From Podarcis cretensis (Eukaryota), in contig OX638159.1 of assembly GCA_951804945.1 (NCBI GenBank), positions 3,162,001 to 3,226,000 of the forward strand: DNA of 64,000 bases. The letters are read 5' to 3'. The first letter of the stretch is position 1. Every line of letters starts with the position of its first letter. Below the pieces are notes generated by a model. That model saw nothing but the letters and a program-made list of their open reading frames with translations. It was not told the origin of the DNA and did no database searches. Below are positions 51,869 to 64,000 of the stretch, piece by piece. The translations under genes were made by a program, and so were the position numbers.

Positions 51869-52238
51869 GGACGCAGGTGGCGCTGTGGGTAAAAGCCTCA
51901 GCGCCTAGGGCTTGCCGATCGAAAGGTCGGCGGTTCGAATCCCTGCGGCGGGGTGCGCTCCCGTCGTTCGGTCCCAGCGCCTGCCAACCTAGCAGTTCGA
52001 AAGCACCCTCGTGTGCAAGTAGATAAATAGGGACCGCTTACCAGCGGGAAGGTAAACGGCGTTTCCGTGTGCGGCTCTGGCTCTGGCTCTGGCCAGAGCA
52101 GCGATGTCACGCTGGCCACGTGACCCGGAAGTGTCTTCGGACAGCGCTGGCCCCTGGCCTCTTAAGTGAGATGGGCGCACCAACCCCAGAGTCTGGCAAG
52201 ACTGGCCCGTACGGGCAGGGGTACCTTTACCTTTACCT
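51869..52238 (+). mobile_element. Sauria SINE (young subfamily, nearly identical to the 26307 copy)
   Basis: A/B boxes, ACCTTT tail, 13-bp TSD TAAGTGCCATCTT (51856-51868 / 52239-52251). Confidence 0.95.
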
Positions 52239-52306
52239 TAAGTGCCATCTTTAGTACAGTAGCTAGCAGCACATTGCCAGCACTAAATTTGTTCATTTAA
52301 AGGATT

Positions 52307-52461
52307 TACCATATTTTCCCGTGTATAAGACGCCCCCTATTTTGGGGGACTCCAAACTAAGAAAACCCCCCCTCAGAACTACCTGTGTATAAGAGGAGCC
52401 CCAATTTTAAACCTATTTTTTTGGTTAAAAAAACCTAGTCTTATACATGGAAAAATACGTA
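52307..52461. mobile_element. Tc1/mariner-type MITE (second family)
   Basis: TA-flanked imperfect TIRs CCATATTTTCCCGTGTATAAGAC / GTCTTATACATGGAAAAATACG. Confidence 0.75.
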
Positions 52462-53524
52462 CAATATGTACAAGCCACAGAGCAATTTACAACAAAATTA
52501 GACATTTTAAAAATCCATAAAATCACACAACCCCTCAAATACATAACAAAACAACACACAACAATTTACTAATAGCAGCAACAAATGATTCAATTTATCC
52601 AACCATGTGTTTCCTCCTCCAAACGCCTGACGATGTAAAACAGAAACATTGTTACAGATCTCTTTTCAGAAACAGAGGAAAGGAAGGATTGTTGTGATTG
52701 CTGTTGTGTGTTGTTATTATTATTATGACAGCAGTTACTGTCCATCGTTGCTTCCCTTAATTTTCCTCTCTCTTTGGGGCATAAGCCTCTTAAAGCTGCT
52801 TCCATGGAAACCTTTCAAATTAAAGGGGTGGCTGTTTCATTCACTGCATTGCTTCTTGGTGGTTGGCAAAGAAATAAGTTTGATAGTGCAACAGTCACAG
52901 GAGCACACAAGCACTGTGAGCCATCCAGAGTGCATTACTCACCTACCCCGTACATTTTCACTTGTATGAAAAAAATAAAATTTGCTTGCCGGGAGATCCA
53001 TTAGCAATAACAAAAGCAAATCTAAAGCAATAGTTAAAAGCAAGGTGGGAAGTGGGGAATGTAACTTGTTTTATCTTAGCTCCTTTCAATCCCAATGCTT
53101 CAGGGCATAAGCTGATTGCCAGCTGAGGCAGTGGAAAAAAATTTCCCCATTGTATAGTGCTACATAATTAGATGAATTGTGGGGGCTGTAGGATTTGTCT
53201 GAAATAGCCAGCATCAGCCACTGTCACAGACAGGAGAGGATACTGGATTAGATGCATCATTAGTCTGGCCTGGCTGTGTACTCCATGGCAGAGATTCTGA
53301 ATAACAAGGTACCACTGGGCATGTCTGTAATGTCATGTAATTAACAGGGCTCTGTCTGTCAAGCTGGCTTTCCCCTAGCCAACAAAATAAGCAAATATAT
53401 ACATAAACTGGATGGTTTTGTTTTGGCTGCATTTTGAAGCAAAATATTACACATCTGTCTTGCTGCTAAAAAAAGAATAGCATTGCATATGAAACAACAA
53501 CAATAACAACAACCCTGCACTTTA

Positions 53525-53766
53525 CAGTGGTACCTCGGGTTAAGTACTTAATTCGTTCTGGAGGTCTGTACTTAACCTGAAACTGTTCTTAACCTGAAGC
53601 ACCACTTTAGCTAATGGGGCCTCCCGCTGCTGCCGCACCGCTGGAGCACGATTTCTGTTCTTATCCTGAAGCAAAGTTCTTAACCTGAAGCACTATTTCT
53701 GGGTTAGCAGAGTCTGTAACCTGAAGCGTATGTAACCTGAAGCGTATGTAACCCGAGGTACCACTG
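53525..53766. mobile_element. Tc1/mariner (Tigger-like) MITE, copy 2 (inverted relative to copies 1 and 3)
   Basis: Perfect TIR CAGTGGTACCTCGGGTTA, TA duplication at both ends. Confidence 0.92.
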
Positions 53767-55415
53767 TACATTATTATCATTGATGCTGTTTGGATTTTTT
53801 GCTGGTACAAAACACAGTGCAGAGGGAGTGTGGTTTCTCAACATTTAGTTTGTTTCAGTTGTCCCAACAAGAAGCTGCTTAGACTAAAATCTCATTCTTC
53901 TGCTCCCATGTTCTGGTCAACACATGATGCCAGGTTCTAACCTCAAGTAAAATCATTTCCCCCTCTTGACTTCTGTGAGATGTTAGACATGCTTTACACT
54001 GCCTGGTCACATATCGTGCCCCAGCATGACAGCTTGCTCTTTTGATTCTCTGGTATAGAACAAGTTCTGGCCCATTTTGTGTTGCAACACTCAAACTTGG
54101 AGATATTTACAGATAGATAGAAGCAGCCAGCAAGATTATACTCTCTGCTGAGCAGCTGGTGAGCAGAGGGTTCAGTATCGCTCGGTGCTCGTTTGCTAGC
54201 CCATTCCCTACCAGGAACATGCTGGTAAACCAAATCTCTTCCCCTCTACCTCCATTAGTCAACTTGGGCAGGTGAGCAGGACCTCCCACTTATCAGTCAC
54301 CTGGTGTCATCATGATGTCATATGATTGACAGGTGAGTGACCTCATTTGCCTGTCAAAGTTGGCTCATGGAGTTGGGGGGAGGTAAACACCTGACTTTCC
54401 TAACCACAAAAGTTCTCCACGTCTGGCATGTAATATTGCAATATTAAAACCAGGAGATGTAGTGCTAAACCAAAGCACCCAGTCTGTAAATTGAAAGACA
54501 TTATTTTGCAATGAAATGTGTTTTTTCTCCCCTAAATAGTTTTTTGGAGAACATTTGACAACTGGAATGACACCAAGGTTGCATTCAAACATCAGTTTAT
54601 TCATTTTCCCGATGTTTCCCATGCTGTTCAATGAGGACATGTGAAAGTTGAAAATGCACAATGTACTCTGACTGTCTTGATCAGCTGAACTGGCAGCTTT
54701 AGAGGTGCACATGATCCCTGTTCCACTTTTGTAAGAACTCTGTCTTTTAAAATGGCAACACCTACACTTTGGAACTCCCTCCTTATGGATACCATGCAGG
54801 TGTCTTTGCTGTACTCTTTTCAGCACCCGCTGAAAACATTTTTGTTTAGACAGATGTTTAGAAAACTTTAATCTGTGGCAGTTTTAATCTGAAATCTTAG
54901 GTGCAGTACTGTGCCCAGAGCTCAGAAACTGCTCACATTAATGAAATTCCCTGTCGTAAAACACGCCCAGAACAATGGGAGTTTAAAATGCTGCATCAGG
55001 ATGATGCAGTTGCTTCCACATTCCTAAGTTGCTCAGAAGTCTGAAATGCTAGAAGAGGGAAGTTTATGTATCTCTGAGCTCAAAGGTTTATATGTCCCTG
55101 GACCCCAGAATAAAAACTGGGATACACCATAGCATGCACCTGCACAATTGCAACAATAATGGTTGTTCAAAGTTATAATGCTTCCAAAATACTCACAAAT
55201 GCATTATGACATTGCATAGTCTACACACACACACACACGCAGAGATACACACACTCTTGTATTTCTTGATTTGGGGTTTGCTTTTCCCCTCAGGCTTCCC
55301 TGAATGCAATACATAAATTCAAAGATTTGTGTGATTAAAATAATGTACTGTAGCTTTCTGTGTTTCCTCTAATAACTTTTGTACTTGACCAGGAGGAAAT
55401 GCTCAAGCAGTGATA

Positions 55416-55763
55416 AAGGTAAAGGTAAAGGGACCCCTCTACCATTAGGTCCAGTCGTGGCCAACTCTGGGGTTGAGGTGCTCATCTCACTTTATTGGCT
55501 GAGGGAGCAGGCATACAGCTTCCAGGTCATGTGGCCAGCTTCTGGCGAACCGCTTCTGGCGAACCAGAGCAGCGCACGGAAACGCCGTTTACCTTCCTGC
55601 CGGAGCGGTACCTATTTATCTACTTGCACTTTCAAACTGCTAGGTTGGCAGGAGCAGGGACTGAGCAACGGGAGCTCACCCCGTCGCGGGGAACCGAACC
55701 GCCAACCTTCTGATCAGCAAGTCCTAGGCTCTGTGGTATAACCCACAGCGCCACTCACATCCC
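55416..55763 (-). mobile_element. Sauria SINE (older subfamily)
   Basis: ACCTTT tail, tRNA head, 12-bp TSD CAAGCAGTGATA (55404-55415 / 55764-55775). Confidence 0.92.
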
Positions 55764-57500
55764 CAAGCAGTGATACTGATGTAGAATAGAATGTCCCTAT
55801 TTTCATCTGACGAATGTTGGACAGTATGTTATTGTATCAGAAACAGAATAGACACAACTATGTGTATACAATGAAAAATAATATTCAGCAACTTTTTTGG
55901 AAACCCCAATTTAAATGTGAAAAGTAACTTTCAGTAAAATCCAAAACCAGCACACTTCTTTGCTCAGTCAAAGAGCAGTTGTAGTTTTATAAATGCATTT
56001 TGTAATATTTAAAATGCAAATGATTTTCAAGAATGAAAGAACAAAATTATTCTGTTGGGAGAAGATTTTACACCTCCTTTCACCTCTGGCATTGGAGGTG
56101 TACTGCAGAATTGCAGCATAAACATGCTTTGTACCTTTTGATTCTGATTTTCCCCCACCCCATTATCTTTCTATATAGACAAGTTCCACATTTTTTTTAC
56201 TATACCGAAAAAGTGACTTCTGTGTATAACTTTGTAGCAGCAAAGGCTACTGCAAATAGTGTTTTTGTGTGTTTTAGGTACACAAAGATTAAATACCAGT
56301 CTCCGGACCTATGTCAGAAATACTTACATATTAACCAAAATGCACAGAAAATGATGCGGATATGTATTGCTAGCTGAACAGCCCAATCAAAATCATACTA
56401 TGTTATGAGGTAGCATCATTCCCCGGAAAGTGACTGAAACCACACTGCCTCCTTATGTCAAGTCTCCTCCTACCCTTCAAAAACATAAGAATTTTTCCTA
56501 GATGCTGAATATAGCCAAAGTTATTTAGGGTGCTTTCTCCCTACACTGAAAGTGATAAAATTGACCAAATATTTTTGTCAGCACTAGTTGAGCTACTCTG
56601 CATTTCTGCAAACACTTTAGAGCAAAACTGTCCATATAGTGCAAGACACAACTAGTTCTTATCAGCTCTTTGAGTAGGACCTTGAAGAGGAAAATAGCAT
56701 TTGGAGAATTACTTACCATTTAACGTCTTTTCCTATTTGTTCCTAAAATGAAATAAAAAGAAACAAGAAGGAAATCAAGTGACATCTGGAGGAAGAAAGG
56801 CTAAAGAAATCAGAAATGCTAAATGCCAATTATGTAACATGCTATATGCTATTGTGATTATTTTCTCATTAGAGTGATGGGTGAAATCTAAGTACGTACC
56901 TAGGAATGGAACTTTAAAAAAAGAAAAGAAAATCTAACCCATAATCCTTCTAACAGACTTGCATGGCTACTGAAATCCATGGGCCTTACTTAGGAATAAA
57001 TCCACTCCAGGCCATAGGCCTTGTTTCTATCTTCCTTCTCATTATCAAATTGCTTTTTAAAAAAATGTTGCCATTGTTGCTATTGGCAGCAATCACGTTA
57101 GCATTTTGTATGAACCACAACCCTCTTTACTTAAAATGGTTTTAATTTGTAAGTACATTTTCAGCAACCACAAAATATAAGCAAACACAAGACGGTCTGA
57201 ATCAAAAGCATTATGCCTATGCATGTTGAAACCTCTAATGCAGAGGCACCAACGTAAGTATTCAGCATGCAAGCGGGGAGAAACACTCTTGCATTTTAAA
57301 ACTGACAAGTTTCAGGGAAAGGGGGAAGTTTTGATGTTTTCACTTCAAAGAACAGCAGATCAGCCAGTGTCATTTTGATGTGGTCAGTACTGACCATTGG
57401 AGTTTGCAAAATATGTACACGTGCAGGGGCATCATAAACACACTTAAATACAGGACAGCTGCATTAAATAATGTGACCTTGCTACCTTTTAATGGTAGCC

Positions 57501-57712
57501 NNNNNNNNNNNNNNNNNNNNNNNNNNNNNNNNNNNNNNNNNNNNNNNNNNNNNNNNNNNNNNNNNNNNNNNNNNNNNNNNNNNNNNNNNNNNNNNNNNNN
57601 NNNNNNNNNNNNNNNNNNNNNNNNNNNNNNNNNNNNNNNNNNNNNNNNNNNNNNNNNNNNNNNNNNNNNNNNNNNNNNNNNNNNNNNNNNNNNNNNNNNN
57701 NNNNNNNNNNNN
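57501..57712. other. Assembly gap
   Basis: Run of N. Confidence 1.
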
Positions 57713-57852
57713 GTACCAGGAGGCAAACACTGTGCCTTCAGCCCATTAACAACATTCAGAGTGTTGCTTCCCATTGAAAGGGTTATTGGCTAACCACTGG
57801 GTGACCAATTAAATGCTATGAATAAGTCCCAAACCAAACAGCATGAGGCCTG

Positions 57853-58016
57853 NNNNNNNNNNNNNNNNNNNNNNNNNNNNNNNNNNNNNNNNNNNNNNNN
57901 NNNNNNNNNNNNNNNNNNNNNNNNNNNNNNNNNNNNNNNNNNNNNNNNNNNNNNNNNNNNNNNNNNNNNNNNNNNNNNNNNNNNNNNNNNNNNNNNNNNN
58001 NNNNNNNNNNNNNNNN
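57853..58016. other. Assembly gap
   Basis: Run of N. Confidence 1.
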
Positions 58017-59953
58017 CATGAAAGTGATCTACAGCTCTAGCCTGCCTACCGTTGTAATGGGTGGATCTTCATTACCGGAAGCTCGTTTGACCTGATTGCT
58101 CAGGTAGCATTCCTTTCACTGCAAGGGTTCCTCCACTTCAACCCCCTGGTCTGCCATGAGTTCTGCTTGCTTTCATAGTACTTCTTATTGGCTCACGGAG
58201 AGCCACCTTATTTTCTACAAGACTCCACCACTATCACTTGGAACTGAAGTACAAGAGAGTTTTCATTCACTCCTTGGGAGGCTCCCTTTCATGCTCCCTT
58301 TTATAAACCCTGGTCTTTAAAATCCCCAATTCAGGAGAAAATTACAGAATTATAATTAAAAAGAAATTATCTTTGCTGTCTCCTCCTCCATTATCCAATA
58401 TCATTTGCCTTGACTTTTGTGCAGACATCTATTAGGCTGAAGAACAGGTAGCCAGACCTTCCGAAGCAGAAGGCAAGGACCCAAGTTCTCCTGGTGAGAG
58501 GTGGTTGTAAAAAAACTTAGTAAAAAATCTAAATGCAGAAACAAATTAAGTAGCATTAAATTAAGCTTTTAAAGAACTAATTTCTAGTCAAAGTGTATGG
58601 AATGGTCACATTCCTAGAATATATTAACACCTTGAGCGCAAGTATGTATATTTTAGAATCCGAAGTAATGATGTCTAGGATAAAAGCCTAAGGCTGAAAT
58701 TATAAAGATACTTATTAGGGAACACGCCTCATAGAACATAGCAGGACTTATTTCTGAGTGATCATCCATTGGATTATTTAAATGGTGGGCTTTTGTGTGT
58801 TTTATTCTGTTTTGGATATTTCCTTCTGTTCTCTTTCACACACTGTATTACTATACTATTGCACCAAACTCAGTGGTCATATTTAAATATTAATGTTTTT
58901 GCTGTTAGTTCTTTAGAAATGCCCATCAACCATCTTCTACTATGCCAGGGAGAAGTCATAACCTCATTATGAGAGCCATTCTTCTCTGTGGGAAAAAGAA
59001 GAAGAAGAAGTGGTCATTGACAGCCAGATAATGTTCTAGAAGCACAGTTTGTAGAAGCAACTGATCTGGCTGTTTCCACAGACAGTGCTCTGTTATTCTG
59101 CAGGTTAGAGCCAGGGCACATGTTATCCTTCCACTCTCTTAGCAACTTCCCTGGATAAGAGTCGCAAACAGCCACATAAGGTGACAGCATTTTCACATGA
59201 GTTTGTCATCCCCAACCAATTCACCCTAACCTTCATTCAGATCCTGGTTTTGGCATGAGCCACAGAGTTCTGACCATTTAGCACTAAAATAAATCTTTGT
59301 TGCATCCTCCTTGTGCGTGTGGTCCCTCCCTTTGGGGAAGATTGGGACCTCCATCCAAGGGAAGAATTTTCAGAGCAATATTTTTGCAACAAGAGGGCAA
59401 AGGTGGAAAGTAGAAAATACACTATGTGGTGTGAAAATGGAGCACCACACAGCAGGACTCTGCCTCCCTCCAGTTCACTTAAATGTCACAATTAGCTCCA
59501 TGTGCAAAATGTGCTGTCCTGGGACACTGAAGATGATAGGAAGCCTTTAAGTGTTTGCCTTGGATTTCCTCCTCATTGCAAGACCTTTGAAGAAATGATG
59601 CCAGGAACGAAGGATCATGATGAACTGGCTAGAGCATAAACGGATGAGTGGGCGTGTTTGCATTTGATTCAGTCTGCAATTAATGGTGAATCTACCTAAT
59701 ACACACTTCCTGAAATGACAGATAAACCAAAACTCAGTCATTCTTTAAAATATGCACGTCTCTGAATGTTATGATCCAATTCGCCAGCGAAGTAATGTGT
59801 ACAAAAATGCTTATTCGAGGTAAAGAACTTTGCCTCTTTCCTCACCCAAAAGGAAAGTGATGCCCAACCTGGAGATAACAGAACAAATGGTATAAGGAGG
59901 GAGCTGCAGCCCAAGATAGGAAAAGAGGAGGGAAGGGAACACCCAGCTACTTT

Positions 59954-60084
59954 CAGTACCATTTTTCTAGAAAAAGAGGTGCCGGAAGTCACCATGAACC
60001 CTTGTTCTCTTATAATGGCAATGGCACCCACCTGAGAGGGGCCAGAATTGAGTTCTGGCGAGTTCTGGCTGAAAAAAAGCCCTG
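59954..60084. mobile_element. hAT MITE
   Basis: CAG...CTG ends with perfect 8-bp TSD GCTACTTT (59946-59953 / 60085-60092). Confidence 0.8.
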
Positions 60085-60546
60085 GCTACTTTAAATGACA
60101 AAGTTGCTGAGTTTAGAAGGTGTGCAGGTATACATAGCGGTGATGAGACATATTCTCTTTCTGCCGCATTCCTTCAATGGCTCTGCAATGCTATCACGGC
60201 TCAGGTTTATTTCTATTCATTTCAGGTATATTCATAAATAACAAAGAAGCTTGTGGCATGTTAACACTAAAAAATTGGTTGTTTAAAATTTTATTTAAAT
60301 TTTATTTTAAACAACAACAACATCCTTTTGGACCATCTAGCTCCACAGGGCTCTCATTGCAGGATCATAAGAGGAAAGGGAAATGGCAGTTGAGCCAAAA
60401 TAGGAGCAGTTGGAATTATGCTTCGTTTTTCAAGACCCCCTTAGGTAAGTTCAGTAGAATTTCCTTCCTTCCTGTCTTTCTTTTTTCCTGTCTTCTTTCC
60501 TACCTTGCCTGCCTTGGAGTCGATTACTATTCAATTTATTCAAGTA

Positions 60547-60772
60547 CAGCGGTACTTCGGGTTATAGATGCTTCAGGTTACAGACTCCACTAACCCAAAA
60601 ATAGTACCTCGGGTTAAGAACTTTGCTTCAAGATGAGAACAGAAATTGTGCTCCAACAGCACGGCGGCAGCAGGAGGCCCCATTAGCTAAAGTGGTGCTT
60701 CAGGTTAAGAACAGTTTCAGGTTAAGAACAGACCTCCAGAACGAATTAAGTTCTTAACCCGAGATACCACTG
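60547..60772. mobile_element. Tc1/mariner (Tigger-like) MITE, copy 3
   Basis: Slightly decayed TIRs, TA at both ends. Confidence 0.88.
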
Positions 60773-60941
60773 TATTGGTAACTGGGTGGGGTTATGAAGG
60801 AATAAACATACATAGCTATAAGCCCCTGCACACATATGAGCTCCATTCTACTCTAGCTAATATGCAAATACATCGGAGAATATGGCTGCCCTTCCTTGAA
60901 TCTCAAACAAAAGGAAAGAAAGACAAGTGGGTAGGAAGAAA

Positions 60942-61086
60942 CAGTGCTTTTTCTGGGGGGACGCAGGGGGACGCATACCCCTAAACATTTTGTGAATCTA
61001 AGTTTGGCATCATTGAGGGGCAGTATTTCAGCATGAGCAGACAAATGAGAGTACCCCTAAACATTTTTTTAGAAACAAAAACACTG
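60942..61086. mobile_element. hAT MITE
   Basis: TIR CAGTG(C/T)TTTTT; TSD GGAAGAAA / GGAAGAAG. Confidence 0.8.
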
Positions 61087-61985
61087 GGAAGAAGTAGCAG
61101 GCCCTTGTGTGTTCCTGTTAAGAACAATAATAGCAAAAACTTCATGCAGGCAGGTAAAGAAGTTTGGTGTCTCTTCTACTGTAACCATCAAATATCTGGG
61201 TTTCTTTCTTTCTCTCTCTCTTTATAATCTGCATCCTGCAAGGTTGTTAAAGCTTGACGTCTGACTACACTTAAAGCTCTGCAATCTTGTTAACCGACTG
61301 GTGACAGGCATGAAGCTGCTGCTTTCACAAGGTGTACTGCAAGCAGCTATCAACTAGGAAGCCTTGAATTAAATCTCTGCCCCTAGATTCCCACTGATCT
61401 CTCAGCCCTCTTGCTCAAGCAGTTTTGCCTGCCTTATTCCACACTCGTCCCTTTGGCACATGTCTTATGAGAGGCAAGGGAGAAATGATTCCCCCCTCCT
61501 CCACTCGCTGCCAGGTACTTTATCTCTCTTCAGCTATTGTTTTAATAAGCTCCTTGCCGTTATGTCATAGAGCCTTCATAAATATCAGAATTACAGTCAT
61601 TTATTTGCAGTCAAATAGCTGACGAGGTGCTTCTCTGTGTGTTGCATGACACCTGGACCATCTTGAATATGATGAATGATAACAAAAGGAAGGTTTGCCT
61701 CGGTTGCTGCTGCTCAAAGGCACACCAAAGAATAGCGCCAGGAATACAGGTGGATCACAGTGATGTGCATTATATTTTCCATGCTGGTTGCAGCTTTAAA
61801 ACACTAGTCAAAGGAAATGTTAAGTTTACTTACTTTGCAAAGCATTCATTAGATTTTCTATCTGCTTCTTATAATCACATTTTTATTAATTTTTATTAAT
61901 AATTTTTATTAATAATTTAATAATTTTTATTAAATAAAAAATAGCACTGTAAGCAGATTCACAGCCCTTTTTATTTTATTTATAC

Positions 61986-62152
61986 CAGGGGTTGTCCACC
62001 TGGTCCCTATCGCCCGCTGGTGGGCGTTTCAGTATTCTAGGTGGGCGGTAGGGGGTTCTACGGCACAAGCTGAATCCTCCTTCCATCGAGCACTTTGCCT
62101 TCAAGAAAGATGCATTAGTGGGTGGTAGGTATAAAAAGATTGACTGCCTCTG
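61986..62152. mobile_element. hAT (Charlie-like) MITE
   Basis: CAGGGG...CCTCTG ends; TSD ATTTATAC / ATTTAAAC. Confidence 0.75.
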
Positions 62153-62963
62153 ATTTAAACAGTCACATTTGTTTTAAAAAATCACAAGGTTGTTTTCACA
62201 AGCAACACTGAGAATGCCTTTCAGCCTTCAATATATGCTTTTGGGTTCAGCTTAGCATGTCATGTAACATGTTAAGCAACTGTTATTGTTTAATTTGGAT
62301 GATAGCTGCTAGATAGGTGGCTTTCTCTAATTTGAATGCATTTTTCCCATTTCATGAAATGATATATTCACAGAGATGCACCTTTTCGATGCTGTTGATT
62401 GACACTTTTCTAACACAGAGACACACACATTCACAGAGAGAGAGAGCACTACAAAATTGTTCTATTTCTAAGAGTTTGCAAACATGCTAAATGCCAGCTT
62501 GGTCATGCCATTGAACAGATGTGAATCTTGCAAGCCAATGGTATTGTTGTATTGAGAAAGCAGCCTGAGTGAAGATTTCCCACTTGGGGAGACTAACGGC
62601 TCTTACTGTGTACTTGTTTTATGTGAGGCACATTCATTTTGCTACCAAGGGTCCATGTGAGTCATGACCATGAGGTCAGATTCCACCTTTTCAAGGAATG
62701 AAGCCAGGGGTTTGGAGTGGGAGAAGGAATTGCATTCAGGGCCGGCCCAAGGTTACAAACTGAAAGGGAGGAACTGGTACAAGAGGAAGATATTGTGTCA
62801 CTTCCTAAGAACCCAAGAACTCTGGTGAAAGGTGGAATTAGCTCCTGAGAGAGAGTTGCAATTCCTATTTAAGGCTCAGTCTGTGGACATATGAAATATC
62901 ATATGAACTCTGCTCTTCTGGAGACTTGGGCCAGGGCTCAGCATGGAGTTGTTCAGGGTGTTG

Positions 62964-63020
62964 TGCCCTGCCCTGCCCTGCCCTGCCCTGCCCTGCCCTG
63001 CCCTGCCCTGCCCTGCCCTG
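62964..63020. repeat. (TGCCC)n pentanucleotide repeat
   Basis: About 11 perfect units. Confidence 0.95.
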
Positions 63021-63346
63021 CAGTCCTGCACCTCTGAGGTTGAAATTCCAAACAGATCAATGTGATTTAGTAGCTAGCATAATGTGGTGGGGGGAAATAC
63101 TTGTTGGGAATTCTTGTTCAGTTCTTGATTGATTGATTGATTGATTGTGGCTATAGCCTACCTTCTGCCTGTCTTTCCTCCAAGGAGATCAGCTTGATAC
63201 AAGATAGCAACTGATCCAAGAAGTTTTCATTACTGAATGAGGATGTGAACCTGGATTTCCCCTGCCCTAGTCAGCCACTCACCACAGGACACTCTGACCA
63301 CACTGTCTTACCGGTGTGGGTTGCTATCTTTTAAGAATCACCTTGA

Positions 63347-64000
63347 TTCTTCTTCTTCTTCTTTGGCAATCACTCGCAGCTGAGTAAGATTATCTTCCAT
63401 GAACACTGTCCTAACAGTGAGTCTGTAAGTGACAATGGAGGCCAATTCTGGATCCACACGTCCTTCCACAGTGGGGACATAGGTTTCCGGTTGGGAGTCG
63501 ATCATGGTAAAGGTTTGCCAAACATGTCTTCCTCTTAGCACATTTCTCCCTTTCATCCTGAGTACAAGCGTCTTTGAAGTCTATGATGCCTTTGGTAAAG
63601 GCTGTTCTCCAATTGGAGCACTCACAGGCCAGTGTTTCCCAGTTGTCGATGTTTAGATTTGCTTTGAGAGAGTTTTTAAACCTCTTTTGTTGACCACCAG
63701 CATTACGCTTTCCATTTTTAAGTTTGGAATAAAGTAGTTGCATCTGAACAACATGACCAGTTCAATGAAGTTGATGTTGAAGAATCATTGCTTTGACACT
63801 GGTGATCTTTGCTTCTTCCAGTATATTGGAATTAGCTCACCTGTCTTCCTAAGTTATGTGTAAACTTTTCGGAGCCCGGCTTCAGCTGGCGAGGGCGGGA
63901 TATAAATAAAAATTTATTATTATTATTTCAGCATCAATGTCGGCCCTTGTTGAAAGATGAAGTGATTGACACTTTCCAATGTTACACCAATGAGTTAGAT
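63347..64000 (-). mobile_element. RTE-clade LINE (not BovB) 3' part, degraded, (GAA)n tail
   Basis: QLLYSKLKNGKRNAGGQQKRFK..CPHCGRTCGSRIGLHCHLQTH; interrupted by a short L2 3' end at about 63872-63925. Confidence 0.85.

Noticed and set aside
57370-58040. ORFs containing X runs
   Set aside because: Artefacts of the N gaps
1-64000. CRISPR arrays, rRNA, env gene or prokaryotic systems
   Set aside because: No repeat-spacer arrays, rRNA similarity or operon-like ORFs; no room for env between RNase H and the 3' LTR; the sequence is vertebrate

Overview
Vertebrate genomic DNA, most likely a squamate (Sauria SINEs, BovB and CR1/L2 families point to a lizard; lacertid is my inference). No host protein-coding gene is recognisable. 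The window looks like a long intron or gene-poor region with TE-free, enhancer-like islands and many mobile elements. The centrepiece is a young, full-length 5.16-kb Ty1/copia LTR retrotransposon (27296-32453) with a 5-bp TSD and LTRs differing by 2 substitutions and one 5-bp indel. It has several unusual traits: a primer-binding site complementary to the internal 5' half of initiator tRNA-Met, LTR ends TG...AA instead of TG...CA, a Gag apparently lacking the capsid C-terminal half and an intact zinc knuckle, and two RFX X-box palindromes inside gag. Also present: a full-length BovB with TSD, an L1 5' half fused to an internally deleted CR1, further L1/L2/CR1/RTE fragments, four Sauria SINEs with TSDs, Tc1/mariner-type and hAT MITEs (two MITE copies share an unexplained 21-bp tail outside their TIR), probable solo LTRs, a possible Harbinger MADF relic, a strong plus-strand recursive-splice-site motif, several minus-strand exon candidates and two assembly gaps. 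All family names come from motif recognition by eye; no searches were run.
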